This document shows positions 17,075 to 33,368 of a DNA stretch of 64,000 nt, piece after piece; positions within the stretch are counted from its first letter, which is position 1; each line of letters opens with the position of its first letter. The stretch is taken from the NCBI RefSeq assembly GCF_009914755.1, contig NC_060940.1; one strand, given 5' to 3'. The translations under genes were made by a program, and so were the position numbers. The notes below the pieces were generated by a model that saw nothing but the letters and a program-made list of their open reading frames with translations, was not told where the DNA came from and made no database searches. Source of the stretch: the human T2T-CHM13v2.0 reference genome, Homo sapiens.

Positions 17075-17182
17075 ATATATATATATATATATATATGCAT
17101 ACACACACACACATATATAATTTATATATATACACACACATAAAAATATATATATATACACACACACACACATATATATATA
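17075..17182. repeat. Compound (TA)n/(CA)n microsatellite grown from the Alu tail
   Basis: ATATATAT...ACACACAC blocks, repeated. Confidence 0.95.
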
Positions 17183-18036
17183 AAAGCCTTTTGAATAGAT
17201 AAAAGATTTAAGAGGTAAAAACAGAAACCACAGTAGAAGAAAATGATTTTTAATACTCAGAGTAGAGACAGACTGCCTAAACAAACGGCAAATCCAAAGA
17301 CCCTTAAGCAGAAATGCTGGGAAATATGACAGAAACTGTAAAATTTATGGGCAGAAAAACGCCACAAACGAAGTCAAATAAACCGTAGAAAACATTGACC
17401 ATACATGGGAAATGCTACTTCATTCATAAAAAGCACTGTTGGCCGGGTGTGGTGGCTTGCACCTGTAATCCCAGCACTTTCGGAGGCTGAGGCAGGAGGA
17501 TCCCTTGAGTTCAGGAGTTCAAGACCAGCTTGGGCAACATATTGAGACCTCATTTCTATTTTATTTTTTAAAAGCACTGTTACAAATCGATAAGAAAAAG
17601 ACCGACACCCTAGAAAACCAAGAAAAAGATATGATACAGAAAGCTTTTGAAAAATGAGGCTGTTCACTGTCACTTGGTAGAAAAATTTAAACAGTACAGT
17701 TTTGAGCAAGACACCATATGGGAGCCCAGCCCACAAGAGACTGCACACCAGCCTGGGGCTCAGCAGCACCAGGGCAGAGGCACAGCAAAGTGCGGGCTGC
17801 CACTGCCAAGGTGCAAGTGGGGTGCGTGTTCCCACTCACTGGCATGGGCTGCTGCCACTGAAAGCAGCCTCACCCTCCCCAGTGGCAAGGTCACAGCACA
17901 ACTGCTGTTACCTCCCACCCAAGCATTCCACCGGAGGCCTGGGGACTGCCCCCTCCCCAGCTACCACAGAAAATGCCTGCGTATGCCATGGAGGGACCTC
18001 AGACAAGCCCGCCCAGCCTGGCTTTGCCGCACATGC

Positions 18037-18409
18037 TGATATGGCTTGGCTGTGACCCCACCCAAATCTCATCTTGTACTTCCCATAATCTCCACGTGTC
18101 ATGGGAGGGAGCCGGGTGGGGGAGGTAATTGAATCATGGGGGTAGTTACCTCCATGCTGTTTTCATGACAGTGAGTTCTGACACGATCTGATGGTTTTAT
18201 AAGGGGCTTTGCTCCTGCTTTGCTCTGCACTTCTCCTTCCTACCATCATGTGAAGAAGGACATGTTTGCTTCCCCTTCCGCCATGATTGTAAGTTTCCTG
18301 AGGCCTCCCTAGCCATGCTGAACTGTGAGCCAATTAAACGTCTTTCCTTTAGAAATTATCCAGGCTCAGATATGTCTTTATTAGCAGCATATGAGAACGG
18401 ACTAATACA
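18037..18409 (+). mobile_element. THE1 (MaLR) solo LTR, 373 bp
   Basis: TGATATGG...GGACTAATACA termini; ATTAAA; 5-bp flanks CATGC/CACAC. Confidence 0.92.
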
Positions 18410-18772
18410 CACACCCTATGCTGGAACACACAGTCTAGATGACTGGGGACGGCCCAGCCGAGGCCACCACTATTGGTACCTGAGCACTCCTCTCAGACTG
18501 CTGAGGGTGGGTTCACCCACCCTGCCACTACCTGCACTAGTTGGCATCTACATGCACGTGCCACCTGTGGGCCTGGAGACTGGCCCACCCAGCTCATCAC
18601 AGCCACCACCACTACCAGGTACACTACTAGGGACCCAGAGGGTTACCCTGCCATTGCCACTGCCACTACCATCTCCTATGCCACACTGGCTGCCCAGGGG
18701 CCCAAGAGCCCAGCCACCTGGCCCACTGCTGCCATTTAGCATCCAAGCAAGCTATCCTCAACAAAACACTAG

Positions 18773-19196
<424 letters not shown>

Positions 19197-20719
19197 TCAA
19201 TAAATGTGATACATCACATTAATAGAATGAAGGACAAAAACCATATGATCAGATATAAGCAATTAGTAAACTGATGCAGAAAAAGCATTTGATAAAACAC
19301 GACATTCCTTCCTGAAAAAAAACTGTCAACAAACCAGACAGAAGGGACATACCTCAACATAATCAAGACCATATATGACAAACCCACAGCTGACATCATC
19401 CTGAATGGGGAAAAGCTGAAAGCCTTTCCTCTAAGAACTGGAACAAGACAAGGATGCCCACTTTTACCACTCCTATGCAACATAATATTGGAAGTCCTGG
19501 CCAGAGCAATCAGGCAAGAGAAAGAAATAAAAAGCATCCCAACTGGCAAAGAGGAACTCAAATTGTCCCTTTTTGCTGATGATATGATCCTGTATCTAGA
19601 AAGACTCCATCAAAAAACTATTAGATCTCATAAATTCAGTAAAGTTACAGGATACAAAATCAACATACAGAAATCAGTAGTGTTTCTACATACAGATAAT
19701 GGAATATCTGAGAAATAATTCAAGACAATAACCCCATTGACAATTACTACAAAAAAAAAAAAAAACCTAGGAATAAATTTAACCAAGAAGTAAAAGATCT
19801 ATACAAGGAAAACTACAAAGCACTAATGAAAGACATTGAAGAGGACACAAACAAATGGAAAACATCCCATGCTCATGGATCAGAACTAATACCATTAAAA
19901 TGACCATACTGCCCAAAGCCATCTAGAGATTCAATGCCATCCCTATCAAAATATGTCATTTTTCACAAAATTAAAAACAAATCCTAAAGTTCATATGGAA
20001 CCAAAAGAGAGCCCAAGTAGCCTAAGCAATCCTGAGCAAAAAGAACAAGGTTGCAGGCAGCATACCACCTCACTTCAAAATCTATTACAGGGCTATAGTA
20101 ACCAAAATAGCATGGTATTGCTTTAAAAAAAATTTAAAAAGAGACACATGGACCAATGGAACAGAATAGAGAAACCAGAAATAAGTCTACATATCTATAG
20201 CCAACTTATGTTCAACAAAGTTGCCAAAAACATACACTGGGGTAAGGACAGTGTCTTCAATAAATGGTGCTGGGATAATTGGATATCCATATGCAGAAGA
20301 ATGAAACCCTACCTCTCACCATCTACAAAAACCAGATGAAGACGAATTAAAGATTTAAATGTAAGACCCAAAACTATAAAACTACTAGAAGAAAACAGGG
20401 AAAACAATTCACAAACCCAACAATTTAAAAATAAACAATCCCATTAAAAAGTAGACAAAGGACATGAATAGACATTTCTCAAAAGAAGACATATAATGGC
20501 CAACAGCTATATGAAAAAAAAAAGAGCTCAACATCACTAACTATCATCCAATCCAGCAATCCCACTACTGAGTATTTATTCAAAGGAAAAGAATCAGTGT
20601 GTCCAAGAGATATCTGCATGCCGACATTTACTGCAGCACTATTCGCAATAGCAAAGATGTAGACACGACCTAAACATCCACCAATGGATGAACGGATAAA
20701 GAAAACGCGGTATATACCC

Positions 20720-21750
<1,031 letters not shown>

Positions 21751-22018
21751 GGAAGAGTATATATACACGATGGAATATTATTTGGCCATAAAAAGTGAAA
21801 TCATGTCATTTGCAACAACATGGATGGTACTGGAGGTCATTATGTTCAGTGAAAAAGGCAGACACAGAAAGACAAATTCTGCATGTTCTCACTGATGTAT
21901 GTCAGCTAAAAAAAAAAAAAAGTGGATCTCATGGAGGTAGAGAAAAGAACGATAGATACTAGAGGATGGGAAGGATATATGAGTGGGAGGGAGGGAGCAA
22001 GAGATGTTGGCTAGTGGG

Positions 22019-22488
22019 TGCAGGGAGCCGAAGGCCCGTGGGACGTGACCAACTCAGCATTCCACTGGAGGCTGTGTGATCAAACAGCAAACTGTTTATC
22101 ATGAATGCAGGATGTGGGCAAACTCATGACTGCTCCTGCCAACAGGTTTGCTGGAGGCGATCACTCCCTGTCACCAAGGTTATCTACTGCGACATCTAGA
22201 GCCTGTTGTTTGAGGAATGCAGTCTTGCAAGCCTACTCCGGACTGAGCAGCTGACCCCTTCTTCCACCCCCCTTCTCACTATGTCTTTTGCATAACAAAT
22301 ACGGAGGGCTGTGTAAAGTTCAGGGCCCTTGTCCACTAGAGGCAAGGTGCCCCCTGACCCCTTCTTCCAAACATACTCTTTTGTCTCTTGTCTTTTATTC
22401 CCATGTTCGCCCCCTTTGTTCGGTCCCCCTAGGTCCATGAGGATTACTTAGTTGCACCCCAAACAGCAACAGAACCGGGTGCCCCACA
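22019..22488 (+). mobile_element. LTR3-family (HERV-K HML-6) solo LTR
   Basis: TG...CA termini, perfect 6-bp TSD AGTGGG (22013-22018 and 22489-22494); start TGCAGGGAGCCGAAGGCCCGTGGGACGTGACC matches LTR3 from memory. Confidence 0.8.
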
Positions 22489-23299
22489 AGTGGGTACAAA
22501 CATACAGTTAGAAGAGATAAGTTCTCATGTTCTATAGCAGCACTGGGTGACCAGAGTCGGCAACAATGCACTGTGTATTTCACAGTAGACATAAGGGAAG
22601 ACTTGCAATGCTTGGAATGTGGAAAGGATACTCAAGTTGACGGACACCCCTAAATACCCTCACTTGATCATTACACAGTCTACACATGTAGCAAATACAT
22701 GTACCCCATAAGTATGTAAATATTATATCAACAAAATATAGTTTTTGTCTATCAAGTTAAAAAAACATATTTTAATACAGTGTTGCTGAAAACATGGCAA
22801 ACAGGCACCCCGCTATATTGAGTATAAATTGAGCTCAAGAGGTTTTTTTAATTCATCTATATCTAAATAAAAGGCATATACCTCTCAATCCAACAATTCC
22901 AATTCTAAGAGTTTATCCCACAGACACCATCACAGCAAGGCACACATAAACGATATTCATGACAATGATTAGCTGCAAACAAAATGTTCCCCAGCTGCAG
23001 ACGGTGGAACGCTAGGCCCGAGAGCATCCATATGGTGGGACATCATGCAGTCCATAAAGACAAGAGGGAGGCAGGTGGGTGGTTACGGACCTCCCTTTAA
23101 AAAAGAAAGCGAGGGACACATCAGTGTGTAAAAGACAGTGATGCCCAGGTGTGCACCAAGTCACAGGGAGGAGACCTGAGTGATTTTTGCATCAGTGCCT
23201 TTGCCTGTCAGGAGGGAAAATAGCTGGAGAAGAGGCAGGAAGATGACTGACTTTAAGTTGTATCCTTTTATCTTTTTTTTCTAAACCAGGTACACAATT

Positions 23300-23887
<588 letters not shown>

Positions 23888-25184
23888 CCAGACTTTTTTT
23901 TAATTAAAAAATATGGTGGGAGAAAATAATAGCTTGCAATGTGGCAATCATTTATAATAGTTTGCAACGCGGACAAATTTTTTTTTTAACCTCTTCCTCC
24001 TAGCACTTTCTAGGGCCCTGAGATAAGTCTTCATTTGTAGGGAGACCTCTAGTCCTTAGAACCTGAATTCTCATTCTGGTTTCACAAAAGAACAAACTAT
24101 TCATTTGTGCAAACTAGGATTGCGAGTTTCTCAGAGCCAGGTAAGGTACTGTCAGGTCCACTGGCCCCAGCCCTGCACACGCCCTAAAAAGGTTTGAGTG
24201 TCCAGAGGCAGAACCGTGCACCAAGAGAAGCCCACAGAGAGAGCTGCATCCCCCAGGCTCCCAAGCCCGGGCCAGTGCCCTTTCTCTAAGTGCACTGCCT
24301 GGAAGCAGGTGCATTCGTGATCTGCACTCTCCTTAGAACAAGCTCAGGGTGGAAAGCATGTGAGTGGACAAAGTCCTAACCTTTGCAGCGGCCTGGGCAG
24401 AAGCAGCAATCAATGGTCACCAAGGCACAGACACTGACGGACATTTAATTTTTTTTTTAACTGAGGCATCATGGCAGTTTAATAGTGAGGTATTTAATTG
24501 CATTTTTATAAAAAACATTGCAAAACAAAGTGACAATAGGGACCTAAATTCTTTGGACTTACGGTAGAGATGCTTGAGGATCCTAATATTCTACTTCTGC
24601 CAACATGTCAGGTAGGAAGCTCACAATGTTCCCCATAAGCCATTACAAACTGGCTAAGGAAAATCAGTCATGACTAAGTCCTTGTCTGCATCACGCTCCT
24701 GCCCCTCCACACACTGTCTGAGCGTGCACTTTTCTTTCGAAGGCTAATTTATGAGGCATTCTGCCTGAGTCAGGGCTATTGCTAAGTGGAAGGTTTGATG
24801 AACCTCCCAGTAGAAAATGCAAGGCCTGCAAAAATGCGAACAGCTCGATTTACTATGGCTTATAATCAAGGCAAACTATACAATAAGAGGTTGTATTTTC
24901 ATCAGATCTGCAAAAGGTCAAAGCTTACAGCAAAAGACAAAAGGAAGAGGTATATATCTTAGAGACAAGCTCACAGCACCTTTAAGTGGGGAGATCTCAT
25001 GGCCAACCGGTGACTCACCGTGTGTTGTTTTCCAGACGTGGGCAGATGGCAGCTCTGCTGACCCCACAACCCACCTACACGATCTTCAGCATTTCAGGAT
25101 CACCGGAGCTTGTTTAAAGTGAGTCTACACTGCTGAATTTCCCATCATCCCCCTCGGGAGCAGCCCTGGGCAAATGGCTGCACT

Positions 25185-25296
25185 GACAGCTGTGACTCAG
25201 GCACTGGTTCCCAGAGATCTAGAACCCAGGCCAGCACCGAGGCCTAGACAGCTGTGACTCAGGTGCTGGTTCCCAGAGGTCTAGAACCCAGGCCAG
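25185..25296. repeat. 62-bp-period tandem duplication in the MEAK7 3'UTR
   Basis: GACAGCTGTGACTCAGG..CTGGTTCCCAGAG.TCTAGAACCCAGGCCAG at 25185 and 25247. Confidence 0.93.
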
Positions 25297-25789
25297 TCAC
25301 TCACCACTGATTTATGGAATGGACCATATACGTATTTATCAACCAAGTTCCCAAACTTAGGGTGCCCAATGTCCCTCACCTTGAAGTTAGCAAGAGAACC
25401 ACAACTTTGCTTCTCTGTAGACAGATCTCCCAACTTTCCCATCTGTTCCTCACACACATTCATTTAAAAACAGCTGAGAGAGCTGGGTGTGGAACCTTAT
25501 TACAAATACCTTCTGAGGACTCATGCCACCACCAGACCATGTTACCTCAAAGTCTCCTGCCTCCATTTCCCCATTTTATACACAGTTCATGCTTTTAAAT
25601 ACAGAACTCCCATGCCATTGGAAGCTGTTCCCAGAAAGCGTCGAGATTTTCATCCAGATGCCTCTGTCCCTCACCCGTCAGAACAGACCATCAGGTACCA
25701 CCTTCTAACAGGGATGGCCTGAGTGAGGCCATATGAACCCCAGCGGGAGGAACCCCCTCCTCAATAGAGAAGTTGAGATCCCAGCAATG

Positions 25790-25878
25790 CTAATGCCAGC
25801 GGAATTCCCTAATGCCAGCGGAATTCCCTAATGCCAGCGGAATTCCCTAATGCCAGCGGAATTCCCTAATGCCAGCGG
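25790..25878. repeat. Perfect 19-bp minisatellite, 4.7 copies (CTAATGCCAGCGGAATTCC)
   Basis: Copies start at 25790, 25809, 25828, 25847 and 25866 (partial). Confidence 0.97.
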
Positions 25879-26216
25879 GGGTCTGAAAGGTCTCAGCTGC
25901 TTAGGATTTCGTTGGTAAAAAAGAACAAAGTATAAGACTGAGTTACTAATTTGACACAAGATTTCTTGGAGAGATCCTGAGGGTGACCCTGTAGGGCAAA
26001 AAAGAAAACTTAAAAAACATCTATTTCTGGGAGATCCACCCATGAGTCAGGACATGGCTTCAGAGGGCGTCTTCTTGGCACATGTGGGACTACCAGGCTG
26101 TGACCCGTGCGGTACGCTATTACAGTTAAACCATGTGGGAGGGAAGAGGGGCTGCAGGCGGTGCCCTCTACCCAGAGGAATCCAGGTCCTGGCTCCAGGA
26201 AGGCTCAGGCGGCTCC

Positions 26217-26330
26217 TCATTCATCGTCCGGGACTTCCCGGAGCCCTTCGCTGTGGCGCGAATGCCCACTGATCTCCAGCAGGGCCTGGGCCTCAGGGTC
26301 CGCATCCAGGATGCTCTTGTTGCCCTTGGC
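26217..26330 (-). CDS. MEAK7: MEAK7 exon 8 (terminal coding part)
   Basis: tctcaag|GCC...GAA TGA; AKGNKSILDADPEAQALLEISGHSRHSEGLREVPDDE*. Confidence 0.93.
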   Translation of the reverse strand, partial: AKGNKSILDADPEAQALLEISGHSRHSEGLREVPDDE

Positions 26331-26832
26331 CTTGAGAAGAGAAGAAAGGGTGGGTGTGTTCCATGATGGCCCAACAAGAGGCAGCAGCTTCCTGCTAGTT
26401 TTCCAGCCTTCTTGGGTGGAATCAGGCTCCGGTTCCCCCTAAGGCCCCTCCCACTCTGGGATTCAGTGGCTGGGTGGGTAGGAGGTATTACAGGAGGTTC
26501 AGGGGCCAACAGCAACTCAGGTGCAGAACCAGGGAAGCGGAAGGAACCCTAGACATTCCTCCTCTTGCAGGTGGGCAGAGAGAATGAAGGGCCACCTGGG
26601 CTCGCACTTGGGGAACCCCCCTTCCCAGGGCTGCTCTACTAAACCACCCACAAATCCCAGACAAGACTTCCAGCCATGCATCTCCTGGCATCCAAGCCAG
26701 CATCAGCTACCAGGATCAAATTTGGGATAAACTATCTGCAGACAGAAGAGTAAAGGGGTAATGGTAAGAAAATGCAGAAAGGCCCCCAGGCTCAAGGGGC
26801 CATCCTGGGATGCAGAGGACAGCTCCACTCAC

Positions 26833-27012
26833 CAACTGCTCCTCTGAGGGGTCTCCAACCGCCCACACCTCCATCTTATCAAACTGGAAGTTCTCCTGAG
26901 CCGACAGCTGCGGGCTGTTGTACGTGGTGCACGTGGGCTTGGCTCTGCTGTGTCCTTTCCCAAAATCAACATCCACCCAAAGCCCAAAGTAATTGTGCTG
27001 CCCCCCCATACC
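26833..27012 (-). CDS. MEAK7: MEAK7 exon 7 (TLDc C-terminal part)
   Basis: ttgcag|GGT...TTG|gtgagt; GMGGQHNYFGLWVDVDFGKGHSRAKPTCTTYNSPQLSAQENFQFDKMEVWAVGDPSEEQL. Confidence 0.96.
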
Positions 27013-27955
27013 CTGCAAAGGAAGCCAGGACAGAGAATGGCATCAGCAACTCCTCAGGGTCTGTGGACATCAAATACCACAAGCCAGCCTCTCGCCTTAA
27101 GTACCAGCCTGAGACAGGGGCGGGTGAGTGGTGAATGCCATCATCTTGTTTTCCTTAACTGTGAAATATATCAATTACTGCCATTTAAGCATCCCATGCC
27201 AAGTTACTAGAACAGTCATCTATGTCTCCAGACACCCACCCCATGGCTCTTTCTCAAGAAGATTTGCTGGCTGAAAGCACAAGTGACATCAGAGAATTAA
27301 AAATGTTAAATATATATAGAGAAAGAGACCTCCAGGGCCCAGGGCCCCGCCCAGTTAAGATAAGGGAGAGGTGAACACAGAAGCTGACACTGCAAACCCC
27401 CTGTGTTGGGGCCCCAGTGCCCCGCTTCCGGGCAGCGATCCTCACCCCAAGACAGGCTGGGAAACTCAGCTCCGAGTGTGTGGCTTACAGGATGCGGAGG
27501 CAGACCCGGAGGCGGATGCGAACCCCTGTGCCTTCCACCCTCAGTCACATGGCTGGGCTCTGAGCTGTTCAATCTCACCCTGCAGAGAACCTCCTCTGGT
27601 CCCTGGTAGGCCTGGAACACCTGGCACGCCCTAGTTCTGACCTTGGGCAACCAGAGACCCGAGCACACTGCCCAGAGTTGACACGCGGAGCCGCTCTCTC
27701 AGGGCCAATGACGAGCGATGACCGGGGCCTGCCGGGTGCTGCCTGTGAGGCTGGCACCCTCACTCCTGCCGCCACCAGACCGCCCTTTCCAGAAGGTGCC
27801 AGGTGTTCTAGGTGGCCTGGCCACGCCCCTCCCTCTCTCCAGGGCAGCAGTGTGGTAAGCCTGGGAAGGACGCTGGTCCCTATATCGGACCAGCCTTCTC
27901 TGCCCTCAGCTCTGCAGAAACAGGGCTGGATTTTCCCAATAAGAGCTTTCTGTCA

Positions 27956-28433
<478 letters not shown>

Positions 28434-28894
28434 TCACCAAGCTGAAGCGAGGGCTGGACAGGAGCCACGGTCACCCCAACTGGGGCCCCACATGCTGTCT
28501 CATGAGCTGCCGGCCGTCCATTCCCCTTGGTCCAGCACTCCCACGTATAAGGCAGGCCAGCGACGCGCAGGGACAGGTCTGGCGCTGACACCATCCCTAG
28601 CCACAAAGGCTACAAACCAATCATCTGAGGGCCAGAAAAATGGGCCAAGTGTGCCATCTGCACACAAACCACTGAGAAGCCCCAGCAGAGGCCACATCCT
28701 TCTCTAAGGGAAACCCTGGCCCAGCTGTCACTGCCCCCAGCACCGGCCCTGGAAACAGAAGGAACTGGACATGGCGTGCGTGAGGAGCTGAATGCCACGC
28801 GCCCTGCCCTGATCTGTGGAGCTGAGCCTCGGGGTTGACACCTTTGCTGGGGGACATCACCAAGGCAAGACCACCACGCTCTGCCCGGGCTCAC

Positions 28895-29013
28895 CAGTCC
28901 GTTCGGGATCGTCTGCTGTCCATGGTTCAAGTACATGTAGTGGTCGTTGTAGCCCGTGTGTGTGTACACAGCCATGCTGGGGCAGATGGAGAACAGGAAG
29001 CATCTATTGTCCC
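28895..29013 (-). CDS. MEAK7: MEAK7 exon 6 (TLDc)
   Basis: tttcag|GG...CTG|gtgag; GDNRCFLFSICPSMAVYTHTGYNDHYMYLNHGQQTIPNGL. Confidence 0.96.
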
Positions 29014-31933
29014 CTGAAAGTAGCCAGAGAACAAAACAAACAGGGTCGGTGTCTGAGCCGGTCCCACAGGGCCGGAAATGCCGGTAAGCTGCAGCTCAGG
29101 AAGCAACAGGGCCAAGACCCTTCTCACCCATGTCCAGGTGTCGGCAGATCAGGGTTTGGGACAAGCTGCTAGGGACCCAGGTGGATGAGCTGGGGATGCA
29201 GGGATTAGAGGGACAGCTAATAAGGAATGGGACATCTTTTAGCTCTGGCCAGGGGAGCAGAGATCAGAACTCTGCCCACTGTCTGCTGGAATCAGTTCAG
29301 GCTGGCCAAGCACATCCGAGCCAGAAAGAGCAGGCTTCCTTTAGCTTATGAGCACGGGGCAGGTGGTCACTCCGCAGAGACTGAGGCCTCCAGCACAGCC
29401 TACCTGAGCAGGCAAGTGACGCTGCGTAGTGCTGACCCCGGCCTGAAAGAACGTACCATGCAGAGAGAGAAAACCTGCAGCTGCAGAGCTGTCCCCAGGG
29501 GCACGGCCTACGAAAGGAAGTAGTTTACCCTCGCCCAAAGGCATGGGGTGGGCACACAGGCCATTAAAAGAAAGGTACCAGTCAAAACTCTGGAAACTAT
29601 GGGTCCCCAGTCTCAGAGACTCCTCCACTCCATAAGCACCTCAGCACTGGGGACAGGGCCGTAGGCCAGGCCTCGTCCTCGGAGCTCCCAGCGAGGGACA
29701 CTTCCCACCATGTTCTGAGGACTTGGCCGGAAGGGCTGCCCGCCTCGACACCAGCATACACAACTGTCACAACAAGCTGGAAGGCTGCAGAGAAACAAGC
29801 TCATGGGAATTTGGGGTTGGGCTATTCATCAGGTGGGAAAGAAGTCACAGGAAGCAAATTGGGGGCACCATGATGGAACGCAGATAAGAAGGGGGCACCA
29901 AGACCAGGAGGCTGGAAGAGGACGATGGCCCCGAGCAAGCCAACAGGGCTCAGTCTGTAAAGTGTGGGCTGACACCGCCCAAGGCTCCAATCTAGAAAGA
30001 TCGCTGGGGGGCCTCTGCCATCAGGGTCTGGGAGGCTTCTGGGAGGCAGCTTCCGAGGTCAAGAGGGAGGCCCTGAAACAGAGCTGGCTGGGGCAAGAGT
30101 CCCCATGGAGAAGGGATCCCATGAGGACAAGGTGTGGGACAGGTACGGAACAGTGGGGCTTGAGAGCATCGGGTGGAGGAAGGAGGATAGTTAGGCTAGA
30201 AAGTTCCACTGGAACCAGCTAAGTGAAGGGCTTTACTCTGGGCTACAGACTCAGGCTTGCTTCACTGGGTTTCAGCAGCCCCAGAGGCTTGAGGGCAGGT
30301 TTAGACGCCGCCATGAACAGCTGGGTCACACCCGTCTGCATTGCCCCCGCCCCGCTCTCCCCGACTGGACTTCAGGTAAGCGGCCCTTTGCTTTGCAATC
30401 CTGAGCCCGTCTTGCTACGGAGCAAGGTCGCAGGGCCACAGAGTTCAGGCCTCAGCTGCGATAGGCCCAGATCCTAGTCCACCCCCAAGGGCTGTTCTCC
30501 ATAGGGAAAGCCAGGAGGGGGAAGCATCATTCCCAGGATACAGGGCAAGGACCTGATGAGTTATGATTATCTGTGGAAAAAAGTGACACCAACAACGAGG
30601 ACTCCTTATCTCATTCCCATAAAACAATACCCAAGCGTGCGGCCACCAGCACCTGACGCTCGGCCGCCGAGGAGCTGCCTGCCCACACAGCATGGTTTCG
30701 TGTAATTCTGAGGAGCTGAGGCCCAGAAAATGAATCAATCACCTTGCCCAGGGCTAGAGCTGGGACTCAAAATCCTGTGTTCAATCCAAAGCCTTGGGCC
30801 TTTTCAATGATTGCACAGAAAACACAAGCCAAAAGGCTCTAAGTATAATCAGTTCTTCTTTCCTCAAGCAAAAACACTCTGATGAAAACAGTCCTTTAAA
30901 AAGGTTTACGAAGCCACATTACCCCGCAGGGAAATATCCTCTGTACTCAAGGAGGTGGCCACCCTCCCCAGCATTTGCCTTCATTGTTTGTCCCACAGCT
31001 ATTAAATCACTTAAAGTCTCAGATATTAGAGGTCATTATTTCCAGGACAAGCGGACAGCACGCTCTCCGAACTTGACCCACAGTCCACGGATTTGTACCA
31101 TGCGTGGTGTGAGGCTGCCCTCTGCTGTTGTTTCGTGAGTATGGACACGTACTGCAACAGAATGAACTCGGGTTTGAAAACTTGGCCACTGCATTTTTCC
31201 CACATGCTTCAGCAAGATTAAGTCTGCTTGTTAATAAAACATAAAGAGCCAGCAGAGTCCATCTGAAATTAACATTAAAGGCTCTGGAGGGAGCAGCAGC
31301 TTTACCCTGATCATGATGCTCAGGGTCTCTTCATATCCTAAAGCCGAGCCTTCAGCCATGCAGTGAGGCAGAGCAATGTGTAATTTCCCCGGAGCCCGAG
31401 GCTGGGCTGGTGGGCACATGCCCTATGCCTGTGACATGGAGGCAGGGCAAGGTGGGTGTGCAGAAGAGAGTGGCCGTGGCAAGGCTGAGGCTGCTGTCTC
31501 TAGAAAGGCCCACCTGCAGGGCCGGCCCTGGGCTGGCACCTGGAAACTTTGATTTGGGGAGAATTCCCACCATTCCCAGAACTAAGATAAAGATCTAGAA
31601 CATCCTGAAACCTAGATATAAATCAAACCCTAGAAACAATGCAATCTAGGAGATAGAGGTGCCCAACCCTCAACCTGGTGACCCCTGCTACCTATTCCAG
31701 CCAGATGCCACCTAGCCTCTGCTGAAAGCTCTCCTGCAAGGGCAACTCCACCTGGACACAGTTCCCGGCCTTCAGAACCTCTGCCTGGTGGAGAAATGAC
31801 GATTCCAGAGGTGCGGGGTAAGATACAGGATGTACCGGGGAATGCCAAAGGCAAACCCTGGGGATGGTGGCCCACTCTCAAGTACAGAGGACAGCCCACT
31901 GATGGGCGACGCATCTGTAAACATTTCAAAAAC

Positions 31934-31972
31934 TATCTATCTATCCATCCATCCATCCATCCATCTATCTAC

Positions 31973-32010
<38 letters not shown>
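31934..32010. repeat. (TATC)n/(TCCA)n tetranucleotide STR (Alu tail)
   Basis: Direct reading. Confidence 0.95.
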
Positions 32011-32442
<432 letters not shown>

Positions 32443-32939
32443 TAAATATTTTTAAAGGACTCTTTTCATCAGAGTATTCTTCCTTGAGGGAAGGAAAAGA
32501 ATTTACTTAGAACCTTTCATCCAGTGCATTCAAGGTCATGCACAAAGCTTCCAAATTCCAACAAGCAAACGCGTGGCGGTGGGGTAGGGGCAGGAAGGCC
32601 CAGGGAAGGAAAATGTCCGATCTGAACCAATTACCATCTCCTGGTCCCCTCGGAGGCATCTGTGGCTTGACTTCTCCCACGCCCCATAGACCCGGCACCG
32701 TGTAATAACTGGGCCCGTGTCCTCACCTGAAAACTGGGGGTCACACGGCCTGTCCTGAAGAACTCTGATGTGATAAACACCACAGAGCAGCATCACATTT
32801 TCCTATCGCCCCGACTGCGTCTAGAGAAACACTTGGAGAAGATGGGAGAGCCCTATTTAGCACCCCCACCCTCTCCCTTTCTCCAGAGCTCTTTGCCCGT
32901 GCTGTGCCACTCGTCAAGGTTCAGGTCACCAAGTCTTAC

Positions 32940-33368
32940 CTTGAAACTGAGGCTTCACCTCCCAAGAGCAAGAGGCAAACCCACCGAACACATGCTTGTC
33001 ATGGTCCTCGAGGACAGCCACACAGGGCCCCCGGTGAGTGATGTGGCCACAGAGCTGGGAGAAGCTGTGTCCATGGAGCTCAGACGAAAAGAGCAGGCGC
33101 CAGCGGTGCCGCTGCTCCCGAGGCAGCTGGGCGTTGATGTACATGACAGAGAGGACATCCAGGATGCTCTCAAAACCCCTGCCCTGGTCCACTTGACGCT
33201 CAGGGACCAGGGTAGTCAGATCAAGAGACGAGCACAGGACGAGAAAGCCCTTGCAAATGACCACACTCAGGAATATGGCCACATGGGGGACCCTGAACAC
33301 CCAGTCCTCGATCACAGCTCGGTCACAGTCATAGTCCAGCCACTGGGGCCCCAGAAGTCTCTTGCCAT
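32940..33368 (-). CDS. MEAK7: MEAK7 exon 5 (start of TLDc domain)
   Basis: ccctag|AT...G|gtaag; contains WRLLFSSELHGHSFSQL and VFGGFASCSW TLDc motifs. Confidence 0.96.

Noticed and set aside
25790-25878. CRISPR-like array (repeat with palindromic core)
   Set aside because: Head-to-tail copies with no spacers, no cas genes, human 3'UTR context; an ordinary minisatellite
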